Source: Micrococcaceae bacterium (GTDB taxonomy: Bacteria; Actinomycetota; Actinomycetes; Actinomycetales; Micrococcaceae). From it: 64,000 nt of DNA. Shown in pieces: positions 23,083 through 32,916 of the stretch. Within the stretch, counting starts at the first letter, position 1. Every line of letters begins with the position of its first letter. The DNA lies in assembly GCA_052084925.1 (NCBI GenBank), contig JBQDEV010000015.1, positions 7,795 through 71,794 on the forward strand. The letters are read 5' to 3'. The translations under genes and the position numbers were made by a program. The notes beneath the pieces are model-generated. The model searched no databases and was not told where the DNA came from. It was given only the letters and a program-made list of their open reading frames with translations.

Positions 23083-24804
23083 TTGTCTTCACGGCCCAAC
23101 GTTCACCAGACCACACCGCTGAGCTCTTACGATCCCGTCTCCGAGATCGATGCCCTCTTCGGCGACATTATCCAGGACGGTCCCGGCGCTGCCATCGGGG
23201 TCTACCATCAGGGCCGCTTGGTCTACTCGCAGGGATACGGACAGGCGAACCTGGAATCCGGCCAGCACATCACCGCACAAACCCAGTTCCACGCGGCCAG
23301 TCTCTCGAAGCAGTTCACGGCGTTCGCCATCTCGATCTTGGCCCGAGAAGGCGCCCTCAGCCTCGACGATGAGGTTCACCACTACCTGCCCTTCGTTCCC
23401 AACGTCGGACACCGGATCACCCTTCGGCATCTGCTGTTCCACACCAGCGGATTGCGCGATTACCTCATGCTGGCACTCCTGAGCGGACATGGCTCTGAGA
23501 GCCGCATCAGCCAGCAACAGGTCCTGAATCTGGTGGCACGCCAGCGCACACTCAATTTCACTCCCGGATCCGAGTACGGGTACAGCAACACCGGGTACAC
23601 CCTACTTGCCGAAATCGTCCGTCTCGTCAGTGGCAGGACGCTGAGAGAGTTTACAACCGAGCAGATCTTCACTCGCCTGGGGATGCACCGTACGTTCTTC
23701 TTCGACGACGTCACCGAGATCGTGCCGGGACGAGCGCTCTCCTACAGTGTGCAACGGGATGCGGGCGGGCAATCCAGGGACACGTGGTCGGCGTCTGCAC
23801 TCATGTTGGACAATGTCGGATCCACTGGCCTCTATACGACAGTGACGGATCTGGCTCGCTGGGCAGGACACCTCACCGCGCCCACGATCGGTATCGAAGG
23901 ACTGATGGACCAGTTCCGGTCTGCTGGCGCCCTCGACGACGGCACGCCCATCTCCTATGGGTTCGGTCTCGAGCACTCGGAGCTTGCCGGACGTCGGATG
24001 CTCAGCCACAGCGGAGCCGACGCCGCGTTCCGCTCCATTTTCGCGTACCTACCCGATCATGATTTCGCCGTGGCGATTCTGGCGAATACCGAGCTCAATC
24101 TCATGAATCAGGTCCTAGCCGTGACCGAAATGAATTTGCCATCAGGCCCGTCCGTGCCGGAGAGTGTTGTCCTTCCTCCGGATCCAGACGCCGATCTCCA
24201 CCAATTTGTGGGGACCTATCGCCAGGACCACGGCGTCTCATGCCGACTTACTGTTCAAGACGACCAGCTCATGTATCAAGTCGGGTCCCGAGCTCCTCAA
24301 GCACTTGTCATCCGGGCTGATGGCTCAGTCGATTTCGGTGAACCTGCCGGAATTCGCATGAGCCCTGTGCGGGATACGAAGCGGGACATCATCGGGCTGG
24401 ACGTACCGCGCCCCGGATTCGGTCGGCCTCTTCGGCTGTCGCGTGTCACGACACCTCAGACCGCTGTCACCGACCTGAATGAATACGTTGGAGATTATCG
24501 CAGTCCAGAACTGGACACGATTTACAGCATCAACGCGGACGACCATCAGCTCGTGGTTCATCACCTGTGGTCGCATCGGCCTAAGCGTCTCGCCTTGGTC
24601 CAGCCCGATCGTTTCGAGGCCGAAGGTGACCGATTCAAACGCGAGTTGAGATGGGTCCTTCACTTTCAACGGGACCGTGACAACACCATCACGGGGTTGG
24701 TCTTGCACACGGCAGGCGAACGGAATATTCGCTTTGACCGGTTGAACACCGCACATCCGGTTCTTCCTACGGCGAGTACGCCGGCGTGGGGTGCATGGAC
24801 CTAA
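23083..24804 (+). CDS. Serine hydrolase, beta-lactamase/PBP4*-like family (class C fold)
   Basis: S-x-x-K nucleophile motif AASLSKQFTAF and YSNTGY (Y-x-N). 573 aa with a C-terminal extension. TTG 23083 is preceded by GAGG. Lower GC than the flanks. Confidence 0.75.
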   Translation: MSSRPNVHQTTPLSSYDPVSEIDALFGDIIQDGPGAAIGVYHQGRLVYSQGYGQANLESGQHITAQTQFHAASLSKQFTAFAISILAREGALSLDDEVHHYLPFVPNVGHRITLRHLLFHTSGLRDYLMLALLSGHGSESRISQQQVLNLVARQRTLNFTPGSEYGYSNTGYTLLAEIVRLVSGRTLREFTTEQIFTRLGMHRTFFFDDVTEIVPGRALSYSVQRDAGGQSRDTWSASALMLDNVGSTGLYTTVTDLARWAGHLTAPTIGIEGLMDQFRSAGALDDGTPISYGFGLEHSELAGRRMLSHSGADAAFRSIFAYLPDHDFAVAILANTELNLMNQVLAVTEMNLPSGPSVPESVVLPPDPDADLHQFVGTYRQDHGVSCRLTVQDDQLMYQVGSRAPQALVIRADGSVDFGEPAGIRMSPVRDTKRDIIGLDVPRPGFGRPLRLSRVTTPQTAVTDLNEYVGDYRSPELDTIYSINADDHQLVVHHLWSHRPKRLALVQPDRFEAEGDRFKRELRWVLHFQRDRDNTITGLVLHTAGERNIRFDRLNTAHPVLPTASTPAWGAWT

Positions 24805-24807
24805 GAC

Positions 24808-25092
24808 TCAGCGATCAGCTGAGAACTGCGTCAAGTAGGTCAGTGCCGCCCGTTGCGACCGTTCGAAATCGGCCTGGCCGCTCCCCTCAGCACGCCCGAT
24901 AGCGTAGCCGGCCAGGAACCCGGCGAGGGCGTGCTGGTCCTCCACAGGGGAGCCTTCCGGCGCGTCCTCGTCAGAGCGCTCGTCGAGGACGGCCAGCAGC
25001 TGGGCAAGTCGTTGGCGGTCGACAGTCACGTCACCGAGCTCCATCGCCGATGCTGCCTCGGTGAACCAGGTAGGAAGATCCGTCATAACCAC
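24808..25092 (-). CDS. Small acidic hypothetical protein (DUF6457-like, tentative)
   Basis: 94 aa. The pattern ...ELGDVTVDRQRLAQLLAVL ... LAGFLAGYAIGRAEG... resembles DUF6457, recalled from memory only. Confidence 0.4.
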   Translation of the reverse strand: MVMTDLPTWFTEAASAMELGDVTVDRQRLAQLLAVLDERSDEDAPEGSPVEDQHALAGFLAGYAIGRAEGSGQADFERSQRAALTYLTQFSADR

Positions 25093-25108
25093 AGTCTACG
25101 GCGGACAG

Positions 25109-25146
25109 CGAAAGACCCCCTCCACAGAGTGGAGGGGGTCTTTCGT
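25109..25146. terminator. Intrinsic terminator hairpin downstream of the NlpC/P60 gene
   Basis: CGAAAGACCCCCTCCAC-AGA-GTGGAGGGGGTCTTTCG. Perfect 17-bp stem. Confidence 0.7.
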
Positions 25147-25192
25147 GCAGTCGTCACCCGGCCATCATTCCGGGGTGTTGGCTGTCGTCAGA

Positions 25193-26041
25193 TCAGCCAA
25201 CGTAGGTGTAGTAACCCATCAGAGGGTTGCGGTTCACGGAGTGCAGGATGGTGCCCACGGAGGGGTTCTGTGCGCCGATCATCTGGCCATTGCCGACGTA
25301 GATGCCCACGTGGCTGCCGCCGTTCTGGAAGACCAGGTCACCGGGCTGCGGGTTCGAGGTACGCACGAACTGGCCTGAGTTGCGGATCGCGGAAGTCTGC
25401 GAGGGGATGCTGATGCCGGCCTGGGCGTAGGCCCACGCGGTGAATCCGGAGCAGTCCCAGCCGCCGGGGCCCTTGCCGCCGAAGACATAAGGCTGGCCGA
25501 CGCCCGAGTAAGCGGCCGACACGACGGCGCCGAGGCTACCGGAGGCGCTGGAGGCCGGAGCTTCCTGCTCGACGGTCTCAGCAGCTTCGTTGGAGGAAGT
25601 CTGAACGGTCTCTTCCGACTGCTGAGTCGAGGAAGAGGTGGTGTTGTTCGAGGTGGTGGCCTGCTGACCAACGTTCTCGTTGGTGACCGGGGTCAGGTCC
25701 TCTTCCGGCTCCGGCTCGGGAGCGGGAGTGGAGGACACGGAGGCGCGCTCGATGGTGATTTCGGCGTCGGCCTCGGCCACGGTGAGGGTGGTTGCTTTGG
25801 AAGCGCGCTCCAGGTCTACGTTGGCAGCCGGCAGGATGCTGGTGTCGCGTGCGGTCGGCGCCGGTGCGGCGTTGACGGCAGGAGCGCCGAGGGTCAGGAC
25901 CATGGTCGATGCGGCAGCAACGACAGCGGTCTGGCGCCCGAAGTTACCGGCGTTAGCGGTCACGGCCTTGGACATGGCGTCCAGGGTGAAGTTCGACGCG
26001 GGGGTTGCGCGGTGGCGGGCGACAGAAGAGCGCTTCGACAC
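25193..26041 (-). CDS. Secreted NlpC/P60 (C40) peptidoglycan endopeptidase
   Basis: N-terminal signal/TM, a Ser/Thr/Glu-rich linker, and a C-terminal catalytic domain WDCSGFTAWAYAQAGISIP ... GDLVFQNGGSHVGIYVGNGQMIGA (Cys-His dyad). Confidence 0.85.
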   Translation of the reverse strand: MSKRSSVARHRATPASNFTLDAMSKAVTANAGNFGRQTAVVAAASTMVLTLGAPAVNAAPAPTARDTSILPAANVDLERASKATTLTVAEADAEITIERASVSSTPAPEPEPEEDLTPVTNENVGQQATTSNNTTSSSTQQSEETVQTSSNEAAETVEQEAPASSASGSLGAVVSAAYSGVGQPYVFGGKGPGGWDCSGFTAWAYAQAGISIPSQTSAIRNSGQFVRTSNPQPGDLVFQNGGSHVGIYVGNGQMIGAQNPSVGTILHSVNRNPLMGYYTYVG

Positions 26042-26441
26042 GATGGGGACCTCTCTCAGGTGCTCTCAGGCCATAGGCCTGCCCCCGCCATGATGGTGAT
26101 TGACGACTGCTTTTTCATCGTGAGCCGCGGGGGTTCAGCAAGCTCGTGATGCTCGGCCCGGGAACGTCTCCGGCCTGGGCACCGCTTCAGCGTATATCAA
26201 ACCGATACCGTATGTCACGTTGAGATAACGGCGCGGTGGAAAAACATCACCGCCGACTGCCAACTTCCGCAGAATTCCGCCAGTATTCGGCAGTTATCAA
26301 TCGTGATCTTTGTCGTGATCTTCGTGGCGGAAGGGCGTGTCGGCCGGGTCAGATCCTCCGAAAACACGGCACCGGCGCCGCATAAAGCGACGCCGGTGAG
26401 AGGTGCTTCGCTCCCCTGTGGGCGAGCTTGCCGAGCTGGAG

Positions 26442-27176
26442 TTAGGCGCGCACTACGCGAATGTGATGAGCCGTCTCCTCCGAGATCTCCAGACCTTCGT
26501 CGGAGAAGTCCTCGCGAGAATCGTCCAGAGCGACCGCAGGTCCGGGTTCGATCGTGCGCACTGCGACGTAACCATCGGAGGGGCTGGCCTTGATGACGGC
26601 CCCGGGGCGGATGCCGGCCGCAGCCAGCTGAGCCAACAGCTCGGGATCGGTCTGGATCGCTTCGGTGAGCAGCAGAATGCGAAAGGTGCCGGGGGTGGTG
26701 AGCGCGACGGTTAGGTGCTCGCCTTCGTAGCGGGTGGGGCCTTCCCCGGTGTCGGGTCCGCCGATTTCGCCCAGACCGGGGATCGGGTTACCGAAGGGCG
26801 AGTAGATCGGCTGCTTAAGCAGATCGACGAGTCGACGCTCGACCTGATCGCTCATGACGTGTTCCCAGCGGCATGCCTCTTCGTGGACGTAGGGCCAGTC
26901 CAGTCCGATGACGTCTGAGAGCAGGCGCTCGGCGAGACGGTGCTTGCGCATAACCTTCGATGCGGTGTCCAGGCCGGTGTCCGTTAGCTCCAGATGTCGA
27001 TCGCCCGCAACCTTGACCAGTCCGTCTCGCTCCATGCGGGCGATCGTCTGAGACACAGTGGGACCGGAATGATCCAGGCGCTCCGCGATGCGAGCGCGCA
27101 GGGGGGTGATGCCTTCCTCCTGCAACTCGTAGATCGTGCGCAGGTACATCTCGGTTGTGTCGATCAAGTCGGTCAT
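26442..27176 (-). CDS. DtxR/IdeR-family metal-dependent transcriptional repressor
   Basis: MTDLIDTTEMYLRTIYELQEEGITPLRARIAERLDHSGPTVSQTIARMERDGLV. Metal-site residues are in HRLAERLL ... EEACRWEHVMS. Has a C-terminal SH3-like/FeoA domain. Confidence 0.85.
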   Translation of the reverse strand: MTDLIDTTEMYLRTIYELQEEGITPLRARIAERLDHSGPTVSQTIARMERDGLVKVAGDRHLELTDTGLDTASKVMRKHRLAERLLSDVIGLDWPYVHEEACRWEHVMSDQVERRLVDLLKQPIYSPFGNPIPGLGEIGGPDTGEGPTRYEGEHLTVALTTPGTFRILLLTEAIQTDPELLAQLAAAGIRPGAVIKASPSDGYVAVRTIEPGPAVALDDSREDFSDEGLEISEETAHHIRVVRA

Positions 27177-27282
27177 GGTCGCCTATGCTCCTCGTCACCG
27201 TGGGAACCCCGGGTGTGGTGGTTCCGAGAACGACCGCCGTCCGACCTTCAGGGGGTCAGTCGGCGGCCAAATAGTATCGTGA

Positions 27283-28605
<1,323 letters not shown>

Positions 28606-28654
28606 ACGGATCCGGGCTGACCGGCCCGCGCGCGGGCCGAGAGAAGTCCTCAAC

Positions 28655-28700
28655 GCGAAGGGGGTCGAACGCCACTTCAACGGGCGTTCGACCCCTTCGC
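28655..28700. terminator. Bidirectional terminator hairpin between serC and the convergent DUF3027 gene
   Basis: GCGAAGGGGGTCGAACGCC-ACTTCAAC-GGGCGTTCGACCCCTTCGC. About 17-18 bp stem with one bulged G. Confidence 0.65.
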
Positions 28701-28723
28701 TGTGTGGAGACACGGTTGCTTCG

Positions 28724-29590
28724 CTACTCGGCGGCCACGTCCCCGACGGGCTCAGCAGCGTCGGCGTTCTGGGATTTCTGGGCCTTCTCGGCTTTTCGCG
28801 CAGCCTTCTGCTCGGCCTTCTTCTTTGCCTTCTTGGCAGCCTTCTTCTTCGCAGCCTTCGCAGCCTTCTTCGCGGCCTTGGCTGCCTCGTCGTCCGGTTC
28901 CTCAGCGGCGAGATCAGCGTCGGCGGAGCGAGGGGCGTCGGCAGAGGAGTCCTTCTTCTTGCTCCGACCGCCCTTGCCCTGTCCCTTGCCGTCCCGGGAC
29001 TTGTTCTTCTTGCCCTTGTTCTTGCTCTGATCGCTCTTGCCGCGGCCGGGACCGTCGGCAGACTCTCCCGACGGCGATTCTTCGGAGTCGGAATCGGAGC
29101 CAGCGTCGGAGTCGGCAGTATCGGCGTCGGCGTCATCGGTTTCACCGCGGAACTCGGCCAGTGCCTTCTCCGGGTCTTGCCCCTCGGCGATCGCACGCAG
29201 TCGCACGCGCTCCTCCTCGGAGGCGCGCTCGGACCACGGCACCCACGGGGGCGAGAGCAGCGCGCCCTCGCCGGGCAGCATGCCCAGCTCGCACACGGTC
29301 AGCGTCTTGCTGCGCGGGGCCCGGGCCAGGGTGCAGAACCACTCCCAGCCGCGGTAGCCGCGCACATGGGCGACGAAACGGTGGGTGACCACCCGGTCGT
29401 CGTCGGCGACGGCACTGACGTGTTCGCCGATCTCGGCCGGATCGATCGTCTCGAGCAGCGCCCCGCGGGCTGTTTCGACCGCCTCGGCCAGCATCTCGTC
29501 GAGTTTGGGACGACGGCGACCGGAGCGGACCGGACCCAGGGTCGGGTTCTCCAGGACGGCGGTGTCAGTGGTCTCTGCGGGTTCAGGCAT
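28724..29590 (-). CDS. DUF3027-domain protein with acidic and Lys/Ala-rich low-complexity C-terminal tail
   Basis: Core: HVSAVADDDRVVTHRFVAHVRGYRGWEWFCTLARAP ... SPPWVPWSER. Tail: AKAAKKAAKAAKKKAAKKAKKKAEQKAARKAEKAQK. ATG 29590 overlaps the csp stop by 8 nt (alternative TTG 29605). Confidence 0.7.
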   Translation of the reverse strand: MPEPAETTDTAVLENPTLGPVRSGRRRPKLDEMLAEAVETARGALLETIDPAEIGEHVSAVADDDRVVTHRFVAHVRGYRGWEWFCTLARAPRSKTLTVCELGMLPGEGALLSPPWVPWSERASEEERVRLRAIAEGQDPEKALAEFRGETDDADADTADSDAGSDSDSEESPSGESADGPGRGKSDQSKNKGKKNKSRDGKGQGKGGRSKKKDSSADAPRSADADLAAEEPDDEAAKAAKKAAKAAKKKAAKKAKKKAEQKAARKAEKAQKSQNADAAEPVGDVAAE

Positions 29591-29966
29591 CGAGATCGTC
29601 CGCAACCTTCCTCAGGACTTGAGCGAGTTTCTCGGACTGCGAGCGCGGCGGGTACTTGCCCTTGCGTAGCGAGGTGGACGCGGAATCCAGCCAGCGGATC
29701 AGGTCATCCATCATGGTGGCCATGTCCTGTGGCTGGGGTCGCTGGTTGCGCACCACCGAGGTGCCGCGATCGATCACCGTGGCGGACAGCGCCTGCAGGC
29801 CGCGACGACCTTCGGCGATGCCGAACTCCATGCGGGTGCCGGCACGCAACTCGGTCACCCCGCTGGGCAGGGCCGAGGAGGGCAGGTGTACTTCCTGACC
29901 TTCGTCGCTCTGCAGAAATCCGAAACCCTTCTTCGAATCGTAGAACTTCACTTTGCCGGTGGGCAT
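29583..29966 (-). CDS. Cold-shock-domain protein with C-terminal extension (CspB-like)
   Basis: ATG 29966 with GAGGAA 9 nt upstream. MPTGKVKFYDSKKGFGFLQSDEGQEVHLPSSAL contains the RNP-1-like KGFGF motif. Confidence 0.85.
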   Translation of the reverse strand: MPTGKVKFYDSKKGFGFLQSDEGQEVHLPSSALPSGVTELRAGTRMEFGIAEGRRGLQALSATVIDRGTSVVRNQRPQPQDMATMMDDLIRWLDSASTSLRKGKYPPRSQSEKLAQVLRKVADDLDA

Positions 29967-30167
29967 CTTCTTCATTTCCTCTGACGTACTTGTGGTGACA
30001 CGGTCCACCGTCAGCGCGCGCGGGACTGAGCTGCGCCGGTGGCCGGCACCCTGCGTCGCGCCGCAGTGGCCGCTGGCTGAGGCGGAATCGTCGTCACGCC
30101 CCGCAGCGGGAGAGTCTGTAGTTCAGACAAGGATACCCCCTGGCAGGGTTCGGCGTAGACTGAACAG

Positions 30168-30455
30168 ATGACCACACCGACCACACCACGCCACAGCACC
30201 ACCCCGGCCATGCCCTCCGCGGCAGCCCCCAGCGCCACCCCGGTGCCGCTGGCACTGCGGGTGCTGCTCTGGGTCGGCGTCGTGATCACGTTGGCTTCCT
30301 TCGCGGCCACCCTGACACTGCTGGTGGTCTACTTCGTGGGTACTGCGCAGCTTCCCGCGCTGTTCTGGCTGGCGCTGTTCGCCTTCCCCGTCGGTTTCAC
30401 GCTGATCCTCATCTACCTCGTGGCGGCCGCGCTGCTGCGCCGTCGGCAGGCGTGA
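30168..30455 (+). CDS. Hypothetical small membrane protein
   Basis: 95 aa. Pro/Thr-rich N-terminus followed by three hydrophobic helices. No family recognised. Confidence 0.45.
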   Translation: MTTPTTPRHSTTPAMPSAAAPSATPVPLALRVLLWVGVVITLASFAATLTLLVVYFVGTAQLPALFWLALFAFPVGFTLILIYLVAAALLRRRQA

Positions 30456-30507
30456 GACGGATTCCGACCCGTTTCCTCGCCACATTGGCCGTCGTGCCAC
30501 CGGCCTC

Positions 30508-32916
30508 GTGATGACCACCCTGCTGGAGCATCTGACAGCACTCAGCGACGGCCAGCTGCGCTTGCTGTTCCGCCATCGCCCCGACCTGGGCATTCCGGGT
30601 GTGGCCGATTTCTCGGGGCTGGCCACCCGCGCCTCGACGCAGATCTCCGTGTTGCGGGCCCTGGAGCGGCTCAACGAACCACAGCTGCAGGTGCTCACGG
30701 CCGCCGTGGTGCATTCGGCCGGATCCGCGAGTGTGACCGACCTGAGCGCGCTGCTCGCCCCGGAGCCCGCGGAGCACCAGGAGCAGGTGGCCGCCACGGT
30801 GGCAGAGTTGCTGGAGCGCGCCCTGCTGCTGCCCGCGACGGATCAGGCTGGCTCCGAGCACTGGGCGGTGCCCGGTCCGGTGCGCCGCGCACTGGGACCG
30901 TACCCCGGGGACCTGGGTCGCCCGGCCGCTGCGTTAGGCGTGAATAAGCCGGTGTGCTCCCGTGAGGAGATCGACCAGCGGATCACCGAGCACCCTGCGG
31001 TGGAGCCCGACGACGTCGCCCGACTCCAGCACGCTCTCGAGGTGCTCGCCCACTCCCCCGTGGCGCGGGTACCGGACCCGGCGGGCCAGGTGCTCACCGT
31101 GTTGCTCGACACCGGGATCCTGGTGCCCACCGAAACCCACGGCACCGCCGAACTGCCGCGCGAAACGGGGCTGGCGGCCCGAGGCGGCACCCTGCATCGT
31201 TCGTTCTCCACGACGCCGCCGTCCACCGGGGTGACTGCGGTGCTGCCGATGCTGATCGCCAACGCCGCCGCCGCGTCCATCTCCGACCTGCTGCGGGCGA
31301 TGACCGCTCTGGTACGGGTGGTCGGCGCGGGGCGCGGAGTGCCCACCCTGCGCACCGGCGGGATCGGGGTGCGGGAGGTCCAGAACGTGGCGCGCCGGCT
31401 CGACACCGACGTCGAAGACGCCGCCTGGTTGCTCGAAGCGGCCGCGGCCTCCGACATCATCGCTCTGAACCCCGACACTTCGCACTGGGAGTCCCGCTAC
31501 ACCACCGCCACCTGGTCCCGGTTGCCGCGGCACCGACAGTGGCAGCTACTGGTCGCCGGCTGGCTGAGCAGTCAGCGCGCGCCGTGGTCGGCACCGGTGA
31601 TCGCTCCGGCTCCACAGGGGTCGTCGTCAGCCTCAGCGTCAGCAACGTCAACAGCAACAGCAGCCACGCCCGGGCGCGCACTGGCCCCGGATCGCACCCG
31701 AGCCGACGCGCCGCGACTGCGCCAGGGGCTGCTCGAGGCCGCCGGGCTCCTCGACGCCCGCCACCCGAACACCGCGGTGGTCGACGGGTTGGAGGCCTTC
31801 CGCCACTGGCAGGCCCCGCGCGCCGCCGCCCGCACCCAGGCCTTCACCGCACCACTGGCCACCGAGGCCACCCGACTGGGGCTGTTCGGCGCTCAGGCCC
31901 TCACTGCGCCCGGCCGGGCGCTGGCCCTCGCCGACACCGCGAGCCCCGCCGTCACCGAGGATGCTTCCGGGCTGGAGGCGGCCGCCGCCGCGGTGGCCGA
32001 GCTGCTGCCGGCCCCGATCCGCACGCTGCGTCTGCAGGCCGATCTCACCGCCGTGGCCCCGGGGTTCCTCGACCCCGAACTGACAGCCCGGCTGGAGCGC
32101 TTCGCCGACGACGAGGGCGATGGCACCGCCGCCGTCTTCCGCTTCTCCGCCAACACGATCCGCCGGGGACTCGACGCCGGCCTGAGTGCGGATGCCATGC
32201 TGGAGCTGCTCACCGACCATTCCGGGGACCCGGTGCCGCAGACTCTGCGCTATCTCATCGACGACACCGCCCGGCGCCATTTGGCCCTGGCCGTGCACCG
32301 CGGCGGTGCGGTGCTGACGGTGGAGGACCCGGCCACGCTGACCACCCTGCTCGCCCTGCCCGAGCTGGCGCCCGCCGGACTGCGCCGCCTCAGCGACACG
32401 GTGGCGCTCAGTCGACTCGACGACGGCGACCTCCATGACCTGCTCGCCGAGACCGGGCATCGGGCGGCCCGTCCCACCGCGGCGCCCCAGACCCTGCGCC
32501 CGGCGCCGTCCCCGGACCCGAGCGGACCGGTGGCCGCCCCCAGCTTCCCCGCCTCCTCGGCGGTCACCATCACCACCCAGCGGCTCACCGACGACGATCT
32601 CGACGCCCAGATCCGGCAGCTGCGCACCGCCCCGCACCGGCCCACCCCCTCCGGTTCCGGCCCCGAGGAACTCATCGCCGGACTCACCGAGGCCGCCCAT
32701 CAGCGCCGCGAGCTCACCGTGACCACCGCCGACCGCCACGGCGCCCACCTGACCCGCAGGCTGCTGCCCACCGCGGTCAGTGAGGGGCGGCTGCGCGGTC
32801 GGGATCTGCAGCACGACACCGACGTCGTCGTCCCGCTACACCGCGTGGTCTCGGCCGAGCCCACCGCTGCACCCACCACCGTGTCCCCGTCCGTCCCCGT
32901 CGAGGAGAACCCGTGA
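30508..32916 (+). CDS. Helicase-associated domain protein, conserved upstream partner of actinobacterial XPB
   Basis: 802-aa Ala/Leu/Pro-rich protein. Its stop overlaps the XPB start (GTGA at 32913). The arrangement matches the mycobacterial XPB locus (Rv0862c-Rv0861c, from memory). Confidence 0.6.
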   Translation: MMTTLLEHLTALSDGQLRLLFRHRPDLGIPGVADFSGLATRASTQISVLRALERLNEPQLQVLTAAVVHSAGSASVTDLSALLAPEPAEHQEQVAATVAELLERALLLPATDQAGSEHWAVPGPVRRALGPYPGDLGRPAAALGVNKPVCSREEIDQRITEHPAVEPDDVARLQHALEVLAHSPVARVPDPAGQVLTVLLDTGILVPTETHGTAELPRETGLAARGGTLHRSFSTTPPSTGVTAVLPMLIANAAAASISDLLRAMTALVRVVGAGRGVPTLRTGGIGVREVQNVARRLDTDVEDAAWLLEAAAASDIIALNPDTSHWESRYTTATWSRLPRHRQWQLLVAGWLSSQRAPWSAPVIAPAPQGSSSASASATSTATAATPGRALAPDRTRADAPRLRQGLLEAAGLLDARHPNTAVVDGLEAFRHWQAPRAAARTQAFTAPLATEATRLGLFGAQALTAPGRALALADTASPAVTEDASGLEAAAAAVAELLPAPIRTLRLQADLTAVAPGFLDPELTARLERFADDEGDGTAAVFRFSANTIRRGLDAGLSADAMLELLTDHSGDPVPQTLRYLIDDTARRHLALAVHRGGAVLTVEDPATLTTLLALPELAPAGLRRLSDTVALSRLDDGDLHDLLAETGHRAARPTAAPQTLRPAPSPDPSGPVAAPSFPASSAVTITTQRLTDDDLDAQIRQLRTAPHRPTPSGSGPEELIAGLTEAAHQRRELTVTTADRHGAHLTRRLLPTAVSEGRLRGRDLQHDTDVVVPLHRVVSAEPTAAPTTVSPSVPVEENP

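Noticed and set aside
31648-32814. 388-aa minus-strand ORF, plus other nested ORFs between 30.1 and 33.2 kb
   Set aside because: Antisense to or out of frame with the XPB-partner gene. No start context or motifs.
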